64,000 nt of DNA from Candidatus Parcubacteria bacterium (GTDB lineage Bacteria; Patescibacteriota; Patescibacteriia; Patescibacteriales; UBA12465): the NCBI GenBank assembly GCA_037076615.1, contig AP029158.1, positions 5,470 through 69,469 of the forward strand, in the 5' to 3' direction. The translations under genes and the position numbers were made by a program. Below the pieces are notes generated by a model that saw only the letters and a program-made list of their open reading frames with translations, did no database searches and was not told the DNA's origin. Shown here piece by piece: positions 1 through 9,173 of the stretch (position 1 is the stretch's first letter; every line of letters begins with the position of its first letter).

Positions 1-407
1 GAGCGATTATTAGAAGTGCTTACGCCGCTAAAGTAGAGGTTATAATTATCAATGATTTAAAAACTGATATTTATAACCCCAACGTAATCCGTTCCAGTGA
101 AGGACTGATTTTTAAAATACCAATCGTAGTTGCTTCCTTTAAAGAGACTGAGGAATTTTTGAAAAAGAAACAAATCAACGCTTATGTGGCGGCTCTTAAG
201 GGCGCGAAAGTCTACACTAGTCTGGACTATACTTCAAAGACTGCTTTTGTTTTAGGATCTGAGGCTAATGGCTTATCAAGTGATTGGTTAAATAGTGGGG
301 TTGAAATTATTAAAATTCCCATGCGAGCGGGTATGGATTCTTTAAATGTTTCGGTGGCGACGGCAATTTTATTGTTTGAGGCGCAAAGACAGCGCGGTTT
401 TGTTTAA
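1..407 (+). CDS. TrmH/SpoU-family RNA 2'-O-methyltransferase, C-terminal part (5' end lies outside the window)
   Basis: Frame 3 is open from base 3. The translation ..AIIRSAYAAKVEVIIIN..NVIRSSEGLIFKIP..FVLGSEANGLS..IKIPMRAGMDSLNVSVATAILLFE shows the SpoU/TrmH knot motifs. Confidence 0.75.
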   Translation, partial: AIIRSAYAAKVEVIIINDLKTDIYNPNVIRSSEGLIFKIPIVVASFKETEEFLKKKQINAYVAALKGAKVYTSLDYTSKTAFVLGSEANGLSSDWLNSGVEIIKIPMRAGMDSLNVSVATAILLFEAQRQRGFV

Positions 408-464
408 TTTTCGTTGACTTTTAATCAATGCTTTTGTAGAATCTAAGTCAGCCCGAGATTTTGA

Positions 465-536
465 GTGCCCGTAGTTCAATGGATAGAACACCAGCCTTCT
501 AAGCTGGTTATGGGGGTTCGATTCCTCCCGGGCGCA
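465..536 (+). tRNA. tRNA-Arg (anticodon TCT)
   Basis: Hand-folded cloverleaf: acceptor GTGCCCG/CGGGCGC, anticodon stem CCAGC/GCTGG with loop CTTCTAA, T-arm GGGGG-TTCGATT-CCTCC. CCA is not encoded. Confidence 0.9.
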
Positions 537-557
537 CCCCATTTTAATTTAAAAAAT

Positions 558-701
558 ATGGAAACGGAAAAAGACCAAGAGTTAAGCGAGGAAGAAATAG
601 CGCAACTAGAAGCGCTTTTAGGCTTTGGAGGTTGTAATTGCTCCAATTGTCCACATTCTTGTGGCGAAGAACCGGGAGATTTCTCAGAAACGGAAAAATA
701 A
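558..701 (+). CDS. 47-aa acidic, Cys-rich micro-protein (METEKDQELSEEEIAQLEALLGFGG-CNCSNCPHSCGEEPGDFSETEK)
   Basis: ATG at 558 and TAA at 699-701, lying exactly between two tRNA genes. The longer track ORF (465..701) begins inside tRNA-Arg and is not credible. No obvious SD. Confidence 0.3.
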   Translation: METEKDQELSEEEIAQLEALLGFGGCNCSNCPHSCGEEPGDFSETEK

Positions 702-730
702 TTTTTTAGACGCAACTACGGCGTTTTGAT

Positions 731-802
731 GGTGCCTATGGTGTAGTGGTAACACAGCAGGTTGTGGTCCTGTTATTTCGGGTTCGATTCCCGATAGGCA
801 CC
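731..802 (+). tRNA. tRNA-His (anticodon GTG) with encoded G-1
   Basis: Extra 5' G, acceptor GTGCCTA/TAGGCAC, anticodon loop TTGTGGT, T-arm TCGGG-TTCGATT-CCCGA, discriminator C. Confidence 0.9.
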
Positions 803-870
803 CCATAAACAAAAGGAGTAGATAAAATCTACTCTTTTTTACATTCTTATTTCTTTGCTATAATTATTGG

Positions 871-2019
871 ATGAGAAAAATCCTCTATTTATTTCTTAGC
901 GCCGCCCTATTTTTATCTTTAGCTGTTCTGCCGGTGGAGGCCCAGGAAAATAATACTGACTCAAATTTGAAACCAGCCCCAGCTTTGACCGCGGAGGCCG
1001 AGGTTTTGAAAATTATTGAAGAGCAGGAGTATCGGCGCAACAACGGACAAGTTATTACTCAGCAAAACTTAGAGCTGGGAATTTTAAGCGGCCCTTTTAA
1101 AGGGCAGATTAAAAAATATTATGGTATTTCCAATTTAGATGTCGTGTCTGCCCAGAGTTATAAAGTCGGCGACAAAGTAATTGTAAGCTACGATCAAAAC
1201 GAAGCTGGTGAATATAGTTTTTATATTATTGATTTTGTCCGCACTGCCCCCCTCTTTTATCTGGTAATACTTTTTGTCTTGGTAGTTTTAGTAATTGGCG
1301 GCAAAAAAGGCTTCTTTTCTATTTTATCTCTAGTCCTAACCTTCTTTTTAATGATTAAAGTTCTCGTTCCCTTAGTTTTTAGGGGCTGGGATCCGCTTTG
1401 GACGGGGATTGGGATATCTTTTTTAATCTTATTGGTGTTGATTTATTTAACTGAGGGGTGGAATAAAAAATCACATCTGGCAATTGTAAGTATTTCTATT
1501 TCTTTGCTTATCACCGCTCTTTTAGCTTGGATTTTTGGCTCTTCTTCTCGTTTATCGGGAACCGGGAATGAAGAAGTTATTTTTTTAATTGAAACTCTTA
1601 ATATCCCGATTAGTTTTCATCGTCTTCTGCTCGCCTCAATGATTATTGGCGCTCTAGGGGTTTTAGATGATATAGTGGTCGGACAGATTGAGGCGATCGC
1701 ACAAATAAAAGAAGCTAATCCTAATTTAAAACCACAAACAGTCTTTAAAATGGGCTTAAAACTAGCCCGCACTCATCTTGGTGCTATCATTAATACTCTA
1801 TTTTTAGCTTATGTCAGCGCTTCTTTTCCTTTGGTCTTACTGTTTAGTGTTCATCAAGAACCTTTTTTAACCACCACTCAAATTATTAATAATGAAAATA
1901 TCGCTACCGAAATCGTCCGCACCTTAGTTGGGGTTGTCGGTATTTGTTTGGCCGCCCCTTTAGCAACCTTTTTAGCGGCTTATTATTTAGACCCCACCAC
2001 TAAGAGAAATAATCCTTAA
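871..2019 (+). CDS. YibE/F-family integral membrane protein
   Basis: Signal peptide, N-terminal soluble domain, then multiple TM helices. Includes the GALGVLDDIVVGQIEA segment typical of YibE/F proteins (recognition from memory). Confidence 0.65.
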   Translation: MRKILYLFLSAALFLSLAVLPVEAQENNTDSNLKPAPALTAEAEVLKIIEEQEYRRNNGQVITQQNLELGILSGPFKGQIKKYYGISNLDVVSAQSYKVGDKVIVSYDQNEAGEYSFYIIDFVRTAPLFYLVILFVLVVLVIGGKKGFFSILSLVLTFFLMIKVLVPLVFRGWDPLWTGIGISFLILLVLIYLTEGWNKKSHLAIVSISISLLITALLAWIFGSSSRLSGTGNEEVIFLIETLNIPISFHRLLLASMIIGALGVLDDIVVGQIEAIAQIKEANPNLKPQTVFKMGLKLARTHLGAIINTLFLAYVSASFPLVLLFSVHQEPFLTTTQIINNENIATEIVRTLVGVVGICLAAPLATFLAAYYLDPTTKRNNP

Positions 2020-2030
2020 GCTTCAAAAAT

Positions 2031-2279
2031 ATGACGAGAAGATATCAACATCTTAAAAACTTTGTCCTCACTTTAATTGTAATTAATATTTTAGCCGTCG
2101 TGGGAGCGCCGCTTTTAAGGTTGCGCTTATTTGATTTGTCTGAAAGCTTTTCTGCTTCTTTAATTATCATCCTGCTCTTTATTTTTCTCGCTCTTCTTTT
2201 GGGGGTTTATTTTAAAGAGGTGGAAAAATATAAAAAAACCCCAGGAAGATTTGGAGGAGCGTTTACGCGAAACTTTTAA
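2031..2279 (+). CDS. Hypothetical small 2-TM membrane protein
   Basis: ORF with two hydrophobic helices. Its 3' end overlaps the next ORF by 29 nt (see finding on the A7 tract). Confidence 0.4.
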   Translation: MTRRYQHLKNFVLTLIVINILAVVGAPLLRLRLFDLSESFSASLIIILLFIFLALLLGVYFKEVEKYKKTPGRFGGAFTRNF

Positions 2280-2733
2280 ATATATTGGTTCTATTAATCT
2301 ACAGTTAGAGGAGATGAAGAAAGTTTTTTCTAACTTTAATAAATATCCAGAAAGTCAAAAAGATATTCAGGCCGTTTTTACCCATACCGCCGAAAGAATT
2401 TTAGCGATTGTGCCAACCGATTGGGTCTTGTTAAGAATTATGGAGCTAGATCAAGGGAAAACTTTACACGAATATTTTCTTAGCCGCGGCAATAAAAAAA
2501 TAGAAAAATTTAAATTAGAGAATCAAGACCTTCTTAATGGTGAGTGCTCCATTGGAGGTTGTTCAATTATTACTTCGCAACAAAATAATTTTAATTTGAA
2601 AGCCTTTTGTATTTTAAGCACAGAAGTTAAAGATAAAAACCAGCAATTTATGATTACCTCAGCAATTAATCAGTTGGAAATGCTCTTTATTATCTTCAAC
2701 TCCTATTACTATAAAAAACCAACGATTAAGTAG
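2251..2733 (+). CDS. Hypothetical soluble protein
   Basis: 160-codon ORF with a TTG start, followed by a strong bidirectional terminator. No family recognised. Confidence 0.45.
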   Translation: MEERLRETFKYIGSINLQLEEMKKVFSNFNKYPESQKDIQAVFTHTAERILAIVPTDWVLLRIMELDQGKTLHEYFLSRGNKKIEKFKLENQDLLNGECSIGGCSIITSQQNNFNLKAFCILSTEVKDKNQQFMITSAINQLEMLFIIFNSYYYKKPTIK

Positions 2734-2740
2734 GGGAATA

Positions 2741-2770
2741 AAAAAGGCTCTGCTTTAGCAGAGCCTTTTT
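2741..2770. terminator. Bidirectional intrinsic terminator
   Basis: A5-GGCTCTGC-TTTA-GCAGAGCC-T5 between convergent genes. Confidence 0.8.
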
Positions 2771-2771
2771 A

Positions 2772-4139
2772 TTATTTTAAGAGAGTTAAAATCTCTTCTT
2801 GTTTTTCCATCAGTAGTTCCGGACTAGTCGCTTCTAAATTCAGGCGAATTTTATTTTCCGTATTAGAGGCTCGAACATTAAACCAATAATCAGGATAGTT
2901 AACACTAATACCATCTAAAAAACTTAATTCTCCGGGAGCATATTTTTCCGCCACTAAATTAAAAACCGCTTTTTTATCCGCCACTACACAATTAATCTCG
3001 CCAGAGCTGTAGTATTTTCGGTAGGGCTCTAAATATTCACTTAGAGGTTTTTGGGCTTTAGAAAATTCTTCCAAGAGGCGCATAATCATGATATTGGGCA
3101 TTTCAAAACAGCCTAAAGGAAGATTAAGAAAAAAGTGTCCGGAAGATTCACCGGCGAAATAAATATTTTCTTTAAGCATTTGCTCTTTAATCAAAGAGTG
3201 CCCGACCCTGGTTAAAACCGCTTGGCCGCCGCTAGCTAAAATTAAATCTTCGGTAATTTTGCCCGGACGGACATCATAACCAATTTTGGCCCCCGGTTTA
3301 TCCTTAAGAAATGAGCGGGCTAGTAGACCACGAATAATAGCCGGCTCTATTAATTGACCCTTTTCATCAACAAAAAAGATCCGATCGCCATCACCATCGG
3401 TGGCAATTCCTAAATCCGCTTTATTCTCTAGAACCGCCGCTTGGAGTTGCTGGAGATTTTCTGGTTTTAGAGGGTCCGCCTCATGAGCAGGGAAACTTCC
3501 ATCTAAATCAGAATTTATTTTAATAAATTCTCCAGGAAGTTTGGGGGCGATAATATCTAAATATTGTATCCCCATGCTATTAGCCGGGTCGGCGATAATT
3601 TTTTGCGCTTTGATATTTTCTAAAGAGAAGTATTTTTGGTCATGCTCCCATTGCTTTTGGGCACTACCAGAAAGATCATGTACCTGGCCGCCGGCGCGGG
3701 GGCTGAGCTTTTCTTCATTTAAAATCCAATCACGCATCCAGAGTAAGCCGCTATCGCCGGAAACCGGTACCGCTTGGGCGCGCACCACCTTAAAGCCATT
3801 CCAATTTTTGGGATTATGAGAAGCGGAAACTATAATGCCGCCATCGAGTTTTTCGCTGGCCACGGCAAAATAAAAAGCGGGGGTAGAAAGTAAACCTAAA
3901 TCATAGACCTCTGCTCCATTAGCGGTTAAAGCCTTGATAACCTCCGCTTTTAATTGCGGCGAGGACAGGCGCATATCAGCTCCCACCGCAATTTTTAGAG
4001 GCGCGTCTTGAGTTAAGTCATTATCTTTCCGGCGCAAAGCTATATAAGCTTCGGCGATTCGGTAGGCAGCGGCATCATCAAAATCTTCTCCGTAAATACC
4101 GCGAATATCGTAAGCACGAAAAATGTCACCCTTTAACAT
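2772..4139 (-). CDS. Phosphoglucomutase/phosphomannomutase (alpha-D-phosphohexomutase family)
   Basis: Active-site loop SASHNP, metal loop ATDGDGDR, sugar loop GESSGH. Confidence 0.9.
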   Translation of the reverse strand: MLKGDIFRAYDIRGIYGEDFDDAAAYRIAEAYIALRRKDNDLTQDAPLKIAVGADMRLSSPQLKAEVIKALTANGAEVYDLGLLSTPAFYFAVASEKLDGGIIVSASHNPKNWNGFKVVRAQAVPVSGDSGLLWMRDWILNEEKLSPRAGGQVHDLSGSAQKQWEHDQKYFSLENIKAQKIIADPANSMGIQYLDIIAPKLPGEFIKINSDLDGSFPAHEADPLKPENLQQLQAAVLENKADLGIATDGDGDRIFFVDEKGQLIEPAIIRGLLARSFLKDKPGAKIGYDVRPGKITEDLILASGGQAVLTRVGHSLIKEQMLKENIYFAGESSGHFFLNLPLGCFEMPNIMIMRLLEEFSKAQKPLSEYLEPYRKYYSSGEINCVVADKKAVFNLVAEKYAPGELSFLDGISVNYPDYWFNVRASNTENKIRLNLEATSPELLMEKQEEILTLLK

Positions 4140-4148
4140 AAAAACTCT

Positions 4149-5279
4149 TTAATGATTAAGGTTTTCTTTTATCTCCAAGCTTAGGGCACCTAAACCAAAT
4201 AAGACGAAGACGAAAGCGATGAATCCGCCCACCCAAGGAATAGAGCTTAAAATAACTAAGACCAGAAGACCTAAAATTAAAGCTAGAAAAGGATTGACAG
4301 CCTTTTTGTTTAAGCCGTTCCCCAGCATTAAGCCTAAATGGTAAGCGGGATAAATAGCTGCTATGACCACTAAAACTAAATAAAGAGCCAATAATATTAA
4401 GGCTAGGGGGATGCCAATAACTGTAAAAAACAAGAAGAAGATAATTATTGGTGCTCCAATTAAGACTAGAAGTCCGATTAATGGTGTCTGCCACGGTTTT
4501 TTCTCCATGGTGGCGCTTAAGCGGACAAAACTCTTCTTTCTGAGCGTGAGTAAGATAACTCCGATTAAGGTTAAGGCGGCTAATTGAAAAAAGCCTTCCA
4601 TTACCCGGTTACCCCAGTTCGGTTTTTTATCCTCTTGTAAGCGGTAGTTGGTATTGCCATAAATCGCCTCCGGGTTCTCAATGCTGGCTTCTTTTCGGGC
4701 GGTGTAATTTAAATTACCACCGATAACCGCGTCCGGACCAATAAATAAATTACTGTTTTCGTAATCGCTTTCCAAATTTAGCGAAACATCACGACCAACT
4801 TTACCGTTAATTGTCGCTTGCGCTAAACCGCCATATAAACTATCGTTAACTAAGCCGTTGAAGTTTCCCCAAGCCCCGAAAACTAAAAGATCAGAACCGA
4901 TTTCCGATTTAGGACTAAGACTAATTGTGGAGGCCAGGGCATTAACATTGCGCCCCACCAATCCATTAATATTAGCAACTTCAGTAACAACCCGGACGCT
5001 GCCAGTAACTTCACCATTAATAGTTAGGTTTTGGGTAGCAGCGATTAAGTCGCCATCAATTTTTCCGTCTACAGTTAAGGTTTGGGCAGCAGCAATTAAA
5101 TCGCCGTCAATTTCGCCATCAATATTAATTATTCCGGCCGCCGCATACAAGTTGCCATCGTGGATTTCGGCTGTTGGCAACTGATAATTATCTCGAGCTT
5201 CAACAGAAAAAGCGTGGGTGGCCGGCGCTACCAACAAAAGCGGTAGAGCCAAAAGCAAGCCCCAAAATAGTTTTTTCAT
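4149..5279 (-). CDS. Membrane protein with signal peptide, beta-helical repeat domain (bactofilin/DUF4097-like) and C-terminal TM bundle
   Basis: Repeats DGEIDGDLIAAAQTLTVDGKIDGDLIAATQNLTINGEVTGSV.., then about 4-5 TM helices. Confidence 0.5.
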   Translation of the reverse strand: MKKLFWGLLLALPLLLVAPATHAFSVEARDNYQLPTAEIHDGNLYAAAGIINIDGEIDGDLIAAAQTLTVDGKIDGDLIAATQNLTINGEVTGSVRVVTEVANINGLVGRNVNALASTISLSPKSEIGSDLLVFGAWGNFNGLVNDSLYGGLAQATINGKVGRDVSLNLESDYENSNLFIGPDAVIGGNLNYTARKEASIENPEAIYGNTNYRLQEDKKPNWGNRVMEGFFQLAALTLIGVILLTLRKKSFVRLSATMEKKPWQTPLIGLLVLIGAPIIIFFLFFTVIGIPLALILLALYLVLVVIAAIYPAYHLGLMLGNGLNKKAVNPFLALILGLLVLVILSSIPWVGGFIAFVFVLFGLGALSLEIKENLNH

Positions 5280-5331
5280 AAAATTTAAATTATAATTAAA
5301 GGATTAGCTACTTAAAGTATAGTTAAAAAAA

Positions 5332-6987
5332 ATGGAAGAAGCAATTATTGAATTAATCTTAAAATCTGGTTCACGCTTGGAAAGCCGTGATGATTTATCG
5401 GCCGTCAAGCGCGACTTGTGTAAGCGCTACCACTTAAAATCTATTAGTAATTCGGAGGTTTTTAAAATATATCGAGAATTGAAGCTAAAAAATTCTTTAC
5501 CGCGCGAATTAAACCAAGAAAAGTTTGAAAGATTGTTGCGTAAACGATCGGTCCGCACTCTTTCGGGAGTAGCACCGGTAGCGGTTTTAACTAAACCTTA
5601 TCCTTGCCCCGGTTCTTGCGCTTACTGCCCCAATGAGCCCGGAGTACCAGTTAGTTATTTACCCAATGAACCGGCGGTTATGCGGGCCTTGCGTTGTAAA
5701 TTTAATCCTTATTGGCAAACACTTCTGCGTCTTCAGTCTTTAGAAGAAAACGGTCATTATCCCACAAAAATAGAACTAATTGTTATTGGTGGCACTTGGA
5801 GCTACCTGCCTGATCGTTATCAATACTGGTTTATCTTAAGTTGTTTTCGGGCGGCCAATGATTTTGCTCGTCTTAAAAAAGGGAAATATTGGCAAGCGGC
5901 TAGTCGAGGGGGTTGGTTTAAGTTATTAAAAAAGATTCCTAATCCTTATCCGCAAAAATTAGCTTTGGCGACCTTAAAGAAGAGCTTAAAACAAGAGCAA
6001 AGAAAAAATGAACAAGCTACTTATCAAATTATCGGTCTTACTTTAGAAACGCGACCGGATTATATTGATAAGGCGGAGTTAGCGCAGATGGTGGAGTTGG
6101 GTTGTACGAGAGTAGAAATTGGTGTTCAGGCACCCGATGATGAAATTTTACGGCTTAATTGTCGCGGTCATGGGGTGATTGAGATTGTTAAAGCGTCAGC
6201 GGGTTTGCGTGATTATGGTTTAAAAATTACCTATCACATTATGCCGGCTCTTCCCGGCTCAACGCCGGCCAAAGATTTGGCCCTGTTTAAATTATTGTTT
6301 ACCGATGCTAATTTTCAGCCCGATCAAATTAAATTTTATCCGACGGTGGTTACTCGCGGCAGCCGTCTTTATGAATGGTGGCGACAAGGAAAATATCAGC
6401 CTTATTCGGATGAGAAATTGCGTCAATTAATTATTGATTGTAAGGCGGTGGTGCCCGAATATGTTCGAATTATTCGCTTAATCAGAGATATTCCTGGAGA
6501 ATCAATTATTGCCGGTAATAAAATTACTAACTTGCGTCAGGTGATGCAGCAGGCCGGTGTAAAATGTGGTTGTATTCGCTGTCGGGAAATTAAAGATTTA
6601 AGACGTCCGGAAAATTATCAAATAAGCCAAGTAAGCTATGAGGCTTCTGGGGGTTGGGAATATTTTATCCAGGCGGAAAGTTTGGATCGGAAAACTTTAT
6701 ATGGTTTTTGCCGTCTTCGCTTAAGCTCTAATAGTAAAATTGCGCCCGCTTTGATTCGCGAGCTCCATGTTTATGGCGAGTTGGTTCCGGTTGGTGGCGT
6801 GGGGCGAGTTCAACATCGCGGCTTGGGTAAAGAATTGCTTAAGACCGCGGAAAAAATTGCGGCCCGTGCTGGGGCGAAGCAGTTAGCGATTTCGGCCGGG
6901 GTGGGTGTTAGAGATTATTACCGTAAGCAAGGCTACCGTCTCTTAGGTGCTCATATGGTTAAAAGATTAAAAACCCTGGAAAAATAA
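5332..6987 (+). CDS. elp3: Elp3-like radical-SAM/GNAT enzyme (tRNA U34 carboxymethyl-type modification family)
   Basis: Radical SAM cluster motif CPGSCAYCPNEP, Elp3-type central region, C-terminal GNAT motif VQHRGLGKELLKTAEKIA. Confidence 0.85.
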   Translation: MEEAIIELILKSGSRLESRDDLSAVKRDLCKRYHLKSISNSEVFKIYRELKLKNSLPRELNQEKFERLLRKRSVRTLSGVAPVAVLTKPYPCPGSCAYCPNEPGVPVSYLPNEPAVMRALRCKFNPYWQTLLRLQSLEENGHYPTKIELIVIGGTWSYLPDRYQYWFILSCFRAANDFARLKKGKYWQAASRGGWFKLLKKIPNPYPQKLALATLKKSLKQEQRKNEQATYQIIGLTLETRPDYIDKAELAQMVELGCTRVEIGVQAPDDEILRLNCRGHGVIEIVKASAGLRDYGLKITYHIMPALPGSTPAKDLALFKLLFTDANFQPDQIKFYPTVVTRGSRLYEWWRQGKYQPYSDEKLRQLIIDCKAVVPEYVRIIRLIRDIPGESIIAGNKITNLRQVMQQAGVKCGCIRCREIKDLRRPENYQISQVSYEASGGWEYFIQAESLDRKTLYGFCRLRLSSNSKIAPALIRELHVYGELVPVGGVGRVQHRGLGKELLKTAEKIAARAGAKQLAISAGVGVRDYYRKQGYRLLGAHMVKRLKTLEK

Positions 6988-7085
6988 GGGTTTTTCTAAA
7001 AATTTAAACTTTTGACAAGTGCTGCCCCCTCCTTTATTATAGAAGAGTTAGGGGAGATTTTTTAAAGGCTTTAAACCTCAAAAAT

Positions 7086-8330
7086 ATGGTTTATCAAAAT
7101 TTAGCGCAGACTGATCCGGAGCTTTGGTCGCTTATAAAAGAAGAAACTGAGCGCCAAAAAAACGGCATTGAGCTTATTGCTTCGGAAAATTATGTTTCGG
7201 CGGCCGTTTTCGAAGCTTTGGCAACATCACTAACTAATAAGTATAGTGAGGGTTATCCGGGCAAGCGTTATTATGGTGGTAATGAAATAATTGATCAGGT
7301 AGAAAATTTAGCCATTTCTCGGGCCAAAAAATTATTTGGCGCTGAACATGTTAATGTTCAACCTTTATCGGGATCACCGGCCAATGCGGCGGTTTATCAA
7401 GCCTTTTTAAAACCAGGTGATAAGGTTTTGGCTTTAAAACTGGATCATGGCGGCCATTTGACTCATGGTCACGCCCTTAATTTTTCGGGAAAACTTTACG
7501 ATTTTGTTCCTTACGAAGTTGATCCGGAAACGGAAGAGGTTAATCTGGACACTTTAATGAAGCTAGCTCAAGAAATAAAACCGAAAATGATTGTCGCTGG
7601 TTTTAGTGCTTATTCCCGGTCTCTAGATTGGGAAAAAATTGCGGCGATTGCCAAAGAGGTGGACGCTTATTCTTTCGCTGATATTTCACATATTGCCGGA
7701 TTGATTGCGGCGGGGTTGCTTGCTTCGCCAGTTCCTTATTTTGATGTGGTTTCGACCACAACTCATAAAACTTTACGCGGGCCGCGCGGAGCCATAATTA
7801 TGTGTCGGGCCGAGCACGCAGCCAAAATTGATCAAGCGGTTTTTCCTGGCACCCAAGGCGGCCCACATGAAAATGTAATTGCCGCCAAAGCCGTCGCCTT
7901 TTTAGAGGCCGTCAAACCAGAATGGAAAGATTATGGCCGGCAAATTTTAGTTAATGCCCAGACCTTAGCAACTGAGTTGCAGGCTCGCGGTTACCGCTTA
8001 GTTTCCGGTGGAACCGATAATCATTTGTTAATTATTGATTTACGCCCCCAGGGTTTAAGCGGTAAAGAAGCGGAGAAGATTTTAGAAAAGATTGGTATTT
8101 CAGTTTCTCGCTCTACAATTCCTAACGATCCCAACCCTCCTTTAAAAGCTTCTGGTTTGCGCCTTGGAACACCAGCGGTTACGACTCGAGGTTTTAAAGA
8201 AGTGGAGATTAAAAAATTAGCCGCTTTAATTGATAAAGCTTTAAAGTCTGGTGGCGATGAAAATATTTTGGCCGACTTAAAAAAAGAAACAGCAGCGCTG
8301 GCTGAGGGTTTTCCGATTCCCGGTTTTTAG
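7086..8330 (+). CDS. glyA: Serine hydroxymethyltransferase
   Basis: ELIASENYVS, GYPGKRYYGG, the PLP-lysine region TTTHKTLRGPRG, and a full-length 414 aa. Confidence 0.97.
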   Translation: MVYQNLAQTDPELWSLIKEETERQKNGIELIASENYVSAAVFEALATSLTNKYSEGYPGKRYYGGNEIIDQVENLAISRAKKLFGAEHVNVQPLSGSPANAAVYQAFLKPGDKVLALKLDHGGHLTHGHALNFSGKLYDFVPYEVDPETEEVNLDTLMKLAQEIKPKMIVAGFSAYSRSLDWEKIAAIAKEVDAYSFADISHIAGLIAAGLLASPVPYFDVVSTTTHKTLRGPRGAIIMCRAEHAAKIDQAVFPGTQGGPHENVIAAKAVAFLEAVKPEWKDYGRQILVNAQTLATELQARGYRLVSGGTDNHLLIIDLRPQGLSGKEAEKILEKIGISVSRSTIPNDPNPPLKASGLRLGTPAVTTRGFKEVEIKKLAALIDKALKSGGDENILADLKKETAALAEGFPIPGF

Positions 8331-8342
8331 AAAAATGATTTT

Positions 8343-9161
8343 ATGATCACACAAATTATTGATGGCCGCGCTTTAGCGGCGGAGATAAAAACAGAAGTTG
8401 CTGAAGAAATTTTTCGGCTTTTAAAAGAGGGGCACTCTCAGCCCAGTCTCGCCATTGTTTTGGTGGGCAATCGTCTGGATTCTCAACTGTATGTGAAATT
8501 AAAAGAGCAGGAAGCTCGCCGGGTCGGCATTTTAACTCACACCTATCGCTTACCCGCCGATATTAGCGCCGTTGAACTAAAGGCCACTTTAGAATTTTTA
8601 AATCAAGATTCTGGTGTTAACGGGGTTTTAGTGCAGCTGCCTTTACCAGAGCATTTACCGACTGACGAAATTATGGCGACCTTAGATCCAGAAAAAGATG
8701 TGGACGGTTTTTTAAAAAATCATCCGGCTGAAGTAATTTCCCCGGTGGCCGCGGCGGTTTCGCTGATGCTCGCGCGGCAAAATCTTGATCTTACTCAGAC
8801 TCAATTAGGAATTTTACATAACTCAGAAATATTTGGTGAAACCTTAAAAGCAGTTTTAGAAAAAAGTGGTTTTAAAAAGATCGCTTTACTTGGCAATCAG
8901 GAGTTGGCAAAAATTGGTACCTACGATGTGGTAATTAGCGCTTTAGGCAGACCACATTATTTATCGGTAAAAAAATTAAAATCAGGGGCGGTAGTTATCG
9001 ATGTTGGCACGAGCGACAAAAAAGGGGTGACTGTTGGTGACCTTGATCCGCAAGGAGTGGATAAGTATTTAAGTGCTTATTCTCCGGTTCCCGGTGGTGT
9101 TGGCCCGCTAACAATTGCCTTTTTATTTAAAAATGTTCTCGCTCTCTATCGTCGTCAGTAA
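8343..9161 (+). CDS. folD: Methylenetetrahydrofolate dehydrogenase/cyclohydrolase FolD (divergent)
   Basis: YVKLKEQEARRVGI, VLVQLPLPEH, DVDGF, SPVPGGVGPLT. The dinucleotide loop is atypical (see finding). Confidence 0.85.
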   Translation: MITQIIDGRALAAEIKTEVAEEIFRLLKEGHSQPSLAIVLVGNRLDSQLYVKLKEQEARRVGILTHTYRLPADISAVELKATLEFLNQDSGVNGVLVQLPLPEHLPTDEIMATLDPEKDVDGFLKNHPAEVISPVAAAVSLMLARQNLDLTQTQLGILHNSEIFGETLKAVLEKSGFKKIALLGNQELAKIGTYDVVISALGRPHYLSVKKLKSGAVVIDVGTSDKKGVTVGDLDPQGVDKYLSAYSPVPGGVGPLTIAFLFKNVLALYRRQ

Positions 9162-9173
9162 AAAACCTAAATC

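Noticed and set aside
465-715. Track ORFs 465-701 (+) and 476-715 (-)
   Set aside because: The 5' third of the plus ORF is the tRNA-Arg gene itself. Only the internal ATG at 558 could be real. The minus ORF is its antisense shadow.
3541-5184. ORFs 3541-3819 (+), 4156-4494 (-) and 4858-5184 (+)
   Set aside because: They are embedded in or antisense to the phosphohexomutase and beta-helix membrane-protein genes, which have strong family or topology signals.
6988-7085. ZTP (pfl) or THF riboswitch upstream of glyA-folD
   Set aside because: The intergenic region is under 100 nt, is mostly promoter (TTGACA..TATTAT), and lacks the conserved GGGTCGTGACTGGCG / CCGCCTGGGCA-type cores as I remember them.
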